From the IMG/VR virus record IMGVR_UViG_3300048575_000428, positions 1-53,267 of that record: a DNA stretch of 53,267 nt; one strand, 5' to 3'. The notes under the pieces were generated by a model. The model did no database searches, was not told the origin of the DNA, and worked only from the letters and a program-made list of their open reading frames with translations. Both the position numbers and the translations under genes were made by a program. Shown here one piece after another: positions 19,223-26,418 of this stretch (positions within the stretch are counted from its first letter, which is position 1; each line of letters opens with the position of its first letter). The DNA is from a virus. Its lineage: Duplodnaviria; Caudoviricetes.

Positions 19223-19639
19223 TCAGGGCTTGAGCGGGCCGACGGTCAGGGTGACCAGGCCGCGCTCGTCGACGTGCGGCGGCTTGTTGACACGGCGGCG
19301 CGGCAGGCCGGGGCGCGCCAACAAGACGACATGATCGCCGTCGGCGAGGTCGTAGCCAAGGCCGGCGGCTATGGCCGGCGACAGCTGCACCGTCTCGCCG
19401 TCGCTCTCGACCTTGGTCGGGCCGAGCGCTGCGGTGCCGCCACGGCGGCCGCTGAGCGCGATGTCCTCGACGGGCTCGCGCATGACGGTCGCCATGACGT
19501 CGCGCGCCGGGCGGGCGGGATCGGCCGAGGCGGCGGACACGCGCCCGCCCGCCATCGGCTCGATCCTGATAGCCTCGGCGTTGAGCCGGTCGACGGCGGC
19601 GTCCATGCGCGCCGCCGCCCGGTCGAAGGGCGTCGGCAT
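19223..19639 (-). CDS. Putative head closure or head-tail joining protein
   Basis: Immediately after the MCP; TGATG coupling. Confidence 0.55.
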   Translation of the reverse strand: MPTPFDRAAARMDAAVDRLNAEAIRIEPMAGGRVSAASADPARPARDVMATVMREPVEDIALSGRRGGTAALGPTKVESDGETVQLSPAIAAGLGYDLADGDHVVLLARPGLPRRRVNKPPHVDERGLVTLTVGPLKP

Positions 19640-20673
19640 CAGGTCCGCCTGCCCTTCATCAGGGTCTTCGGCCGGGTGCAGATCTGCAGCGCGTTCATCT
19701 GCACGTCGAGATGGCGGCCCTTGCCGTTCTGGGACGAGTACTGCTTGGCGTAGAGGCGCTTCGCGATCGTGTTGACGGTCTCCTCGTAGTCAGCCGGCGA
19801 GTAGACACTATCGAACAGGCCGGGGACGCCGAGCGGGAACAGATGACACTTGTCGGCGTCGATGAAGGACGTCGAGCCGACCGCGCCCCGGTAGTTCTCG
19901 AAGATGAGACCGCCGAAATCGAAGATCGGGTAATTGTCACGGTTGGGGCCGATGTAGCCTTCCCGCAGGATCTTCGCATCACCCCAGCCGTCATACGTCG
20001 CGCGCACTTCGGGATGGGACAGCACGTCATCGAAGAAGTTGTCGCCGCACAGCACATGGATGCCGGTGAACGGCACGCCGCCCAAGATATCCTGCATCTT
20101 GCGCGTGATGCCGGCGCACTTCTTGCGCAGCGCGCCGGGCGTGGGATTGCCGTTGTCGAGGTCGAAGTCGATTTCGGCTTCCTGACTGACGCCGAATTCG
20201 GCGAACAGATCGAGCGTCGAACCGTCAGCATAGGTGATGATGCCCTTGACGGCACCGATGCGGGCGTATTCCTCGGTCGCGGCGAACGAATTGACGTGCG
20301 TCGCCATGCGCCCCGCGACCTTGCCGACGAGCGTCATGAGCTGCGTCGCCGAACCGAAAGCGCGAACGTTCTGAACGGAGTCCGCCTTGACAAAATCATT
20401 GATCTCGAAGTGCGGCACGACGAACGGCCGGAGCGTCCGGCCCGGGTCCGCCTGCACGGTCGTGCCGGGGCCGCCGCGAGGCGACGGCGGAACGAGCACA
20501 AGAAGGTCGCCCTTCTTCTCGTAGCTCGCGATGGTCACGTCCAGGTTCTGCGTGGCGAACAGGCCGAGTTTCGCCAGCCGGCCGGGCACATAGGTGATGT
20601 CGTTGATCGCCCCGGTGAGAGAGGCCACCGAGAAGGCGTCGTCGTTGAAGAGATCGATCATGGGTTCGGGCAT
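19639..20673 (-). CDS. Major capsid protein (lambda gpE family)
   Basis: DAFSVASLTGAIN...LGLF, TEEYARIGAVKG, ICTRP; GGAG RBS. Confidence 0.93.
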   Translation of the reverse strand: MPEPMIDLFNDDAFSVASLTGAINDITYVPGRLAKLGLFATQNLDVTIASYEKKGDLLVLVPPSPRGGPGTTVQADPGRTLRPFVVPHFEINDFVKADSVQNVRAFGSATQLMTLVGKVAGRMATHVNSFAATEEYARIGAVKGIITYADGSTLDLFAEFGVSQEAEIDFDLDNGNPTPGALRKKCAGITRKMQDILGGVPFTGIHVLCGDNFFDDVLSHPEVRATYDGWGDAKILREGYIGPNRDNYPIFDFGGLIFENYRGAVGSTSFIDADKCHLFPLGVPGLFDSVYSPADYEETVNTIAKRLYAKQYSSQNGKGRHLDVQMNALQICTRPKTLMKGRRT

Positions 20674-20695
20674 GGTGGCTCTCCGGGCCGTAACG

Positions 20696-20719
20696 AAAAG
20701 GGCGCCTCTCGGGCGCCCT
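20696..20719 (-). terminator. Terminator-like hairpin between decoration and capsid genes
   Basis: AGGGCGCC-loop-GGCGCCCTTTT on the minus strand. Confidence 0.5.
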
Positions 20720-20756
20720 ACCAAGGGGGAGCCGACGCCTCAGCGTCGGCCGTGGA

Positions 20757-21428
20757 TCAGCGGACGAGAATGTGACGGCTCGCGAGCTGCGCGATGGCGG
20801 CGGCCTTCTGGGCGGCCGTGATGCCGGCCGGCCACGTCAGGTTGGCGCCGATGACCTCGCAGATGCGCCGCAGCACCGGCGTCTTCTTCGTCTCGCCGGC
20901 GCCGGTCACCACCGGATAGAGGGCGATGGCATCCGCGATCTCGGAGCCATCGGTGCCGCTCGGGTCGAACGGCACATAGGTGTAGTCGCTCGGGGCCTCG
21001 ACGCCGACGAGGATATCGAACGCGTCGCCGACGACGAAGTCGGTGGCGCCGTCGGCGATCGTGAACTTCACCTCCTTGTTGAAAGGGGTGCCGACCGTCG
21101 CGTTACCGATCTGCACGCCATCCGGCCCCTCGACGCGGAAGGTGCCGCCGTTCGTGGCGACGGCCGTGCACACGGCGCGATAGTTGCCGTTCTTCACCTT
21201 CGAGTTCACGGCCGGGTCGGCCATGGTCAGGACGCCGTTGCCGGTGTTGCCGGCCGAAGCCGCAGCCGAAACGGTGATGGCGGCGGGCGTGGCGAGCCGG
21301 CCGAGCACCATGTTCGGCGTGATGGTCTTCGACGCCGGAATGGTGACGTTGTCGTAAGAGATGTTGCCCGGCGCCTCGCTCAAGAGGCAATCGCCGGGGT
21401 GGGCACCTTCGGTGAAGACGGTCGACAT
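20757..21428 (-). CDS. Head decoration protein with inserted beta domain
   Basis: LLSEA...S.D..TI, DGSE.A.AI, LTWPAGITAAQKAAAIAQL; upstream of the MCP. Confidence 0.85.
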   Translation of the reverse strand: MSTVFTEGAHPGDCLLSEAPGNISYDNVTIPASKTITPNMVLGRLATPAAITVSAAASAGNTGNGVLTMADPAVNSKVKNGNYRAVCTAVATNGGTFRVEGPDGVQIGNATVGTPFNKEVKFTIADGATDFVVGDAFDILVGVEAPSDYTYVPFDPSGTDGSEIADAIALYPVVTGAGETKKTPVLRRICEVIGANLTWPAGITAAQKAAAIAQLASRHILVR

Positions 21429-21503
21429 GATGGTCTCCGATGGGTTCGGGTGCGGCGACTGCCGCTCGGATAGGGTCGCCCAGGAGTATCGGGCGAACGA
21501 GGA

Positions 21504-22010
21504 TCAGCGGCGGCCGCCAGCCGCCTCCTGGGCGCGATTGATGTCGGCGATGGCGGCCTTCCAGGCCGATGCGCCTTCACTCTGACCGCCAGTGGCGCCC
21601 GGTGCCGCACCGATCTGGACGGCGGCGACCTGGCTGGCGAGCTGCGCGACCGGATTGGCGGGCGGCGGGGGCGACGCGCTGGCGCCGACCTTCGGCGCGG
21701 CGGCGAGCGCGGCGGCGGCCGCCTCGACGGTCATCGTCGTCTTGAAGGCGAAGTGCTGCGCCAGCGCCTCGCGGCCGGCCGCCTCGGCATGGCCGATGAT
21801 GCCGCCAATGCGGGCCTGCTCGGCGACGCGGGCCTGCTCGGCAACGTCGGCGCCGGCCTGCGCGATGACCGCCGGAGCGGCGGCAGCCGGCGCCTGGGCG
21901 GCGGGCGCGGGCGGCGCCGGCTGACTGATGGCGCCGACGATGGCCGCGGCGGCGGCGACCTCGGCAAGCGACGACCCGGCGGCGCCGGGCAGCGGAACGG
22001 TATTGCTCAT
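21504..22010 (-). CDS. Capsid scaffolding protein (Nu3-like)
   Basis: Ala/Pro-rich; EQARIGGI...EAAGREALA..A....MTVEAA resembles the lambda Nu3 segment; AGAGGG RBS. Confidence 0.7.
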   Translation of the reverse strand: MSNTVPLPGAAGSSLAEVAAAAAIVGAISQPAPPAPAAQAPAAAAPAVIAQAGADVAEQARVAEQARIGGIIGHAEAAGREALAQHFAFKTTMTVEAAAAALAAAPKVGASASPPPPANPVAQLASQVAAVQIGAAPGATGGQSEGASAWKAAIADINRAQEAAGGRR

Positions 22011-22915
22011 GCTGTCCCTCTCTTGTTGACGGCCTCGCGGAAGGCGGCGAAGGCGTCGTGCGGGTTGCCGACGATGTCGGCGAGGCCGATGCGAACCGCC
22101 TCGCGGCCGCGATAATCGAGCGCTTCGGTCTTGAGGACGCCGGCCTTGTCGATGGCCTTGCCACGACCGCGCGCGACGTGTCCGGCGAATACCTGCCGCA
22201 TGGCCTCCAGGTCGGCGCGGATGCGCGCCGCGACGTCGTCGCCGAGCGGTGCGTAGGGCCAGCCATCGCCCTTGTGCGCGCCGGCGGTCAGCACGGTGAC
22301 CTTGACACCGGCCTCGTCGCAGGCGCCGGACATATCCATGTGCAGCATGAGGCAGCCGATGGAGCCGCAGCCGCCGTTCTCCGGCACGACGATCTTGCGC
22401 GCCTGGCTGGCAAGCCAGTAGGCGGCGGAATAGGCAGCGTCGGTCAGGATCGCCATCGTCGGCTTCACCTGCGACAGGCGATAGATCAGGTCGGCCGTGT
22501 CGGCCACGCCCGAGATCTCGCCGCCGCCGGAATCGACCTCGAAGACCACGCCGCGCACGCCGCTGTCGGCGGCGGCGCGCACGACCTGCGCCTGAAGGCC
22601 CTGATAGGACGTCAATCCGCAGGACTGGCCGATCCAGCCACCCTTATGAACCAGCGCGCCCTCGATGGTGATGACGGCGACGCCATCCACCATGCTGTAG
22701 GGCTGGACACGGGCGGCGTCGTAGGAACGGCCGATGCGATCGTCGAGCGTGCCGGCCTGGGGCCGGATGACGCGGTGCTCGCCCGACGGTAGGGTCAGCG
22801 ACACCGGGCCGCCGACGGCGCGCGCGATCAGCCAATCGAGGGCAACGGCGGTGCGTTCCGAGACGGCGAGCGGCTGGTTGAAGAGCCGCTCGGCGACCTG
22901 TGCCATGCCGATCAT
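22007..22915 (-). CDS. Prohead protease, S49 family (lambda gpC-like)
   Basis: VDSGGG, AYSAAYWLASQA, GSIG, AGAHK. Confidence 0.93.
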   Translation of the reverse strand: MIGMAQVAERLFNQPLAVSERTAVALDWLIARAVGGPVSLTLPSGEHRVIRPQAGTLDDRIGRSYDAARVQPYSMVDGVAVITIEGALVHKGGWIGQSCGLTSYQGLQAQVVRAAADSGVRGVVFEVDSGGGEISGVADTADLIYRLSQVKPTMAILTDAAYSAAYWLASQARKIVVPENGGCGSIGCLMLHMDMSGACDEAGVKVTVLTAGAHKGDGWPYAPLGDDVAARIRADLEAMRQVFAGHVARGRGKAIDKAGVLKTEALDYRGREAVRIGLADIVGNPHDAFAAFREAVNKRGTA

Positions 22916-24531
22916 GCGCCGGTCCCCGCGTTGCTGTGCTGCTGGTCGGACGGGTAGCCGCCCGACGACGTCATGGCGATTTCGGTGCCGGCGAAGAGGC
23001 GGCCGGGCTCGAGGCCGTGCTGCTGTTCCAGTTCCTTCGCCCGGGCGATTTCGCGGGCGCGCTGCTCCAGCGTCTCTTCCCAGTCGTCGCCCTGCTCGGC
23101 CGCTTCGCGCTCCTGGCTCGACAGGTTGAGCGCGATGCGCTTGCCGGCGGCCTCGGCTTCCTTCAGCGGATCGACCCAGCCACGGCCCGGCATCAGCCAG
23201 CGCGCGCGTGTCCAGGCGAACCGCGCCTCCTCGAACGAGGGGGCGCCGGCCGGAATGCGGACGCGGCCGCGGGCGAAGGCCTCCTCGATGACGCGGACAT
23301 AGATCGGCTGCACGAACTGGGCGGCGAAGGCGCTGGCGCGCGAGGAGAAGCCTCGCCAGATCTCCAGCAGGGCGGCGCGGGCGCTCGAATAGTTAACCTG
23401 GCTCCAGTCGGCCGACAGCTGCTCATAGGTCAGGCCGAGAGCGCTGGCGATGTTGCGCAGCGCCGCGCGGACGAAAGCGTCGAACACCGCGTTCGGGTGC
23501 GCCGACGGCGTGAATTCGATCTTCTCGCCCTCATAGAGGTAGTTGATCATCGCGCCATCGAGGCGCACGCCACCGCTTTGCTCAAGGTACTCCGCCCGCC
23601 GATCGGCATAGCCGGCGTCCTTGTCAGACGCGCCAGTGGCAATGGCCTCATCGATCGCCTTCGGGTCGTAGGGCGAGGTGACGAATGCGCCGAGCACGGC
23701 GTTCAGCACCGCCGCCTGCAGCTCCACCTCGCTGTAGCGCCCGAGCATCCGCACGCTCTTGACGACGCTGGAGAGCATGGACACGCCACGGATCTGCCCG
23801 GCGCGCGTCGCCTCGAACGCGTGCACGACGAGGCGGCGGCCATTGATGAAGCGCGGCACGCGGACGTGACGGCTGTCGCCGATGCCGGTGGCGACGGGGT
23901 CGCCGGGATGGGCAACGCGGAAGTGATAGGCGAGCGGCTCGCCATGGCCGCCGAGTTCGATGCCGTCGCGAAACGACGCCGTCGGGGTGTTGAGATCGGG
24001 CTGCGACAGGCGATCGGGGTCGACAATCTCGACCGCCGTCGACCACGGCCCGCCGCGATCGAGCCACTGGATGATGGCGAGAGCCTCGCCATCCATGGCG
24101 CGGTGGCGATAGGCGAGCGCCAGCAAACCGCCGAAAGTGTTGCGCTGCGCCGCGTCGCACCAGCAGTCGGTGTCCTCCGCCCACTCGGCGAAGGCGCTCT
24201 TCAGCTGGGCGGTGACCTCGGTCACCTGATCGGCGGTAAGGCCGAGCTGGCGGCGATCAGGACGCGGATTGAGGCGCCAGCCGGCGCCGATGATGTTGTC
24301 GACCAGCCGGTCCATGCCGGCGGACGCCCAGCCGTCGTTACGGGCGAGGTCCTGAACACGGCGGTTCAGCAGGTCGCGGTCGCCGGAGATGGCGGCCTGC
24401 GCCTGATAGGAGCGCGGCCGGTAGGCGGCGAGATCCTGATGGGTGCGCGACGCACCGGTATAGGCGCTGTCGGCCTTCGCCTTCCGCCAGGGGCGGCCGT
24501 GCGGGTCGGCGGTCGCGGTGGTCGCGGTCAT
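22912..24531 (-). CDS. Portal protein, lambda family
   Basis: DLARNDGWA, GQIRGVS, DWSQVNYSSARA, GWVDPLKE. Confidence 0.95.
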   Translation of the reverse strand: MTATTATADPHGRPWRKAKADSAYTGASRTHQDLAAYRPRSYQAQAAISGDRDLLNRRVQDLARNDGWASAGMDRLVDNIIGAGWRLNPRPDRRQLGLTADQVTEVTAQLKSAFAEWAEDTDCWCDAAQRNTFGGLLALAYRHRAMDGEALAIIQWLDRGGPWSTAVEIVDPDRLSQPDLNTPTASFRDGIELGGHGEPLAYHFRVAHPGDPVATGIGDSRHVRVPRFINGRRLVVHAFEATRAGQIRGVSMLSSVVKSVRMLGRYSEVELQAAVLNAVLGAFVTSPYDPKAIDEAIATGASDKDAGYADRRAEYLEQSGGVRLDGAMINYLYEGEKIEFTPSAHPNAVFDAFVRAALRNIASALGLTYEQLSADWSQVNYSSARAALLEIWRGFSSRASAFAAQFVQPIYVRVIEEAFARGRVRIPAGAPSFEEARFAWTRARWLMPGRGWVDPLKEAEAAGKRIALNLSSQEREAAEQGDDWEETLEQRAREIARAKELEQQHGLEPGRLFAGTEIAMTSSGGYPSDQQHSNAGTGA

Positions 24532-24539
24532 GGCCAGCC

Positions 24540-24743
24540 TCAGAAGGACACGCGGCGGGACGCGCGGCGCGGCGTGCCGTCGCGCTGGGCGGTGAGTTCG
24601 TCGCGACGGCGGTTGATCTCGCCCTCGCTCACCTTGGCCATCTCCACCTCGCGGCCGCGATCGCGGACGCGCGTCGTCTGACCACCGGTCACACGCTCGG
24701 TCATGGCGGCCTCGATGGCCGCGAGATCGTCGTCGATGCCCAT
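24540..24743 (-). CDS. Head completion protein (lambda gpW-like)
   Basis: 67 aa immediately before the portal; helix, TGG..RV...GREVE, helix. Confidence 0.8.
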   Translation of the reverse strand: MGIDDDLAAIEAAMTERVTGGQTTRVRDRGREVEMAKVSEGEINRRRDELTAQRDGTPRRASRRVSF

Positions 24744-25024
24744 CAGGCGCTCCGGTACTTCTTGGCGGTGGCGAGCGGCACGCCGACCGCCTTGGCGATG
24801 GCGGCCGAGGTGTTGCCGAGCTTGGCGAGCGTGCGGATGGTCCGCTTCTGCGCTTCGGTCGGCACGAACTCCGGCGTGATCGCCGGCACCGGCGACGGCG
24901 CTGGCGGCTGGGCTTGCTGCCGGGTGAGGAGGCCGAGCCGCTCGGCGGCGGGCCGCGCGACGGCGCAGTGGGGCGCGACGGCCACCATCTCGGCGCCATC
25001 GGGACGGGTGTAGCTGTCGAGCAT
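24743..25024 (-). CDS. Small HTH protein
   Basis: PTEAQKRTIRTLAKLGNTSAAIAKAVGVPLATAKKY helix-turn-helix; GAGG RBS; coupled to gpW. Confidence 0.7.
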   Translation of the reverse strand: MLDSYTRPDGAEMVAVAPHCAVARPAAERLGLLTRQQAQPPAPSPVPAITPEFVPTEAQKRTIRTLAKLGNTSAAIAKAVGVPLATAKKYRSA

Positions 25025-25039
25025 GGGCGCCTCGCGAAG

Positions 25040-25652
25040 GTCGGTTGGCGGCGATGTCTGGGAGGTCGGACAGCTTCGGGCCTGACACCCTATCCCTCGC
25101 GGGACCGCCGCCGCCGGCCGGGACTTGCAACCGAGCCGACGGTTCGCCGCACGGGGTCAGGCCGCGCGGCTCGGGAAAGGTTGACCATCCATGCGGCCCG
25201 GTCTCGCTCCGGCGACGCAGGTCTTGCGTTTGCTGTCCGCTCTTCGCACGGATGGTCCATCCCGTTGTCGGGACCTGTGACGACTGCTACCCCGGGCGCA
25301 CTGCCGCCGGGGGCTGAAGGCCGGATTTCACCCCGGCCCTCAGCCCCGCCGCGTTCGCTCTCTGGGGTTATTGCTGTGCCCGTTTGGGCGAAACTGATGT
25401 CCGTCTCTCCGGACCGTCACGCCTAGCCCACGGCGTTCTTGTCTGCCTTTCAGGTGAGCGGGCAGCTGCCTGCGCAAGATCCATCAGCCCTTGCCTTACG
25501 GCCTACGCATGTCCCTCGCCTTGCGGTGCTTTTCAGAGGAACTTCGGGGACATCGGTGCCCGTTCGGGCGAAACTGGTGGGCCGATTTTCGCGGCCCTGC
25601 CGGATCTCGCTCCGGCTGGCGGCCCTCAGCGGGCGGTGATGCCATTCGACGG
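25040..25652 (-). ncRNA. Putative structured ncRNA cluster (three units)
   Basis: About 600 nt with no credible CDS in a gene-dense operon; many stems with GNRA or T-loop-like loops; G-U pairs work on the minus strand only. Confidence 0.6.
25376..25576. repeat. 21-bp direct repeat GTGCCCGTTYGGGCGAAACTG, two copies 180 bp apart
   Basis: 25376-25396 and 25556-25576, one mismatch; related hairpin at 25976-25994. Confidence 0.9.
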
Positions 25653-25961
25653 TCAGGACACGCGAATGTGCGGGTCGATGACCGCGAAGCCGAGGCCGGC
25701 GGCGGCGCGCCAGGCCTGGCCGGGCTGGTTCCAGACGACATAGCGGCGGGTGTGACCATCGAACGGTGCGACGCTCGACAATCGCTCCTCCGCCACGGCG
25801 ACATGCGGCGCCTCGGCGATGATCGGCATCATCACCGGCGCCATGTCGACGACGGCAATGACATCCGGGCCGTAGCGCTGGATCGGGCTCGCCGTGAACG
25901 ATACGGCCATGAGGGCGGCGAGGATGCCAAAGGTGAAGAGGAAGAGCTTGCTGGTCCGCAT
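25653..25961 (-). CDS. Hypothetical exported or membrane protein downstream of the tRNA
   Basis: CAGGAG RBS; N-terminal signal/TM segment. Confidence 0.7.
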   Translation of the reverse strand: MRTSKLFLFTFGILAALMAVSFTASPIQRYGPDVIAVVDMAPVMMPIIAEAPHVAVAEERLSSVAPFDGHTRRYVVWNQPGQAWRAAAGLGFAVIDPHIRVS

Positions 25962-26008
25962 GAGCTTCTCCTGTGGTGCCCGGGTCCGCCGGGCGCGGTC
26001 TTCAAAGG

Positions 26009-26085
26009 TGGTTGCGCCGGCCAGATTCGAACTGGCGACCTCCAGCTTATGAGGCTGGCGAGCTACCGGGCTGCTCTACGGCACT
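26009..26085 (-). tRNA. tRNA-Met(CAT), initiator-like, with encoded CCA
   Basis: 77-nt cloverleaf: AGTGCCG TA GAGC AGCCCGGTA GCTC G CCAGC CTCATAA GCTGG AGGTC GCCAG TTCGAAT CTGGC CGGCGCA ACCA. Confidence 0.95.
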
Positions 26086-26096
26086 GAAGCGCTGTG

Positions 26097-26402
26097 TTAC
26101 TCGGTCGCCGGCAGATCGCGCGGCGCGGCGGGAACGAAATCGAGGTAGAACACTTCGCCCTCGGTGAACTTCTCGAAGAGCGCCGGATTGGCCACCGTCA
26201 TGTCGAGACCGAGGTTGGGCGTGAACTTGGCGAAGGTGTTGTCCTCGTCGAGACCGTCAGCGGGATAGGCCTCATTGCGGCCGACGGCGGCAAAACGCAG
26301 CCGCTGTTGCAGGATGGTGCCGTCGTCCGACCGCATGGTGTCGATCCGACCGATGCGGACCTTCGCGCGCATCTTGACGAAGACGGGCTCCACTTCCGAC
26401 AT
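26097..26402 (-). CDS. Conserved-looking phage hypothetical protein
   Basis: MRAKV...DEDNTFAKFTP...NPALF...FYLDF; GGAGAG RBS. Confidence 0.8.
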   Translation of the reverse strand: MSEVEPVFVKMRAKVRIGRIDTMRSDDGTILQQRLRFAAVGRNEAYPADGLDEDNTFAKFTPNLGLDMTVANPALFEKFTEGEVFYLDFVPAAPRDLPATE

Positions 26403-26418
26403 GTGTCTCTCCATCTGG

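Noticed and set aside
24532-25130. Long N-terminal extensions of portal (to 24999) and gpW (to 25130) in the ORF track
   Set aside because: Extensions overlap better-supported genes; downstream ATGs give family-typical sizes
25116-25137. Twister ribozyme loop (CGGUUGCAAGUCCCG)
   Set aside because: Could not find the complementary pseudoknot partner or the UAA cleavage-site context
25079-25174. HDV-like or theta ribozyme
   Set aside because: P1/P2 crossing is similar, but there is no P3/L3 consensus or catalytic C in J4/2, and it does not abut the tRNA 3' end
25388-25490. Hammerhead cores (CTGATGT on plus, CUGAUGG on minus)
   Set aside because: Neither matches CUGANGA with a correctly placed stem II and GAAA
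25376-25576. Two 21-bp repeats as a mini-CRISPR array
   Set aside because: Only two copies, a 159-nt structured spacer and no cas genes
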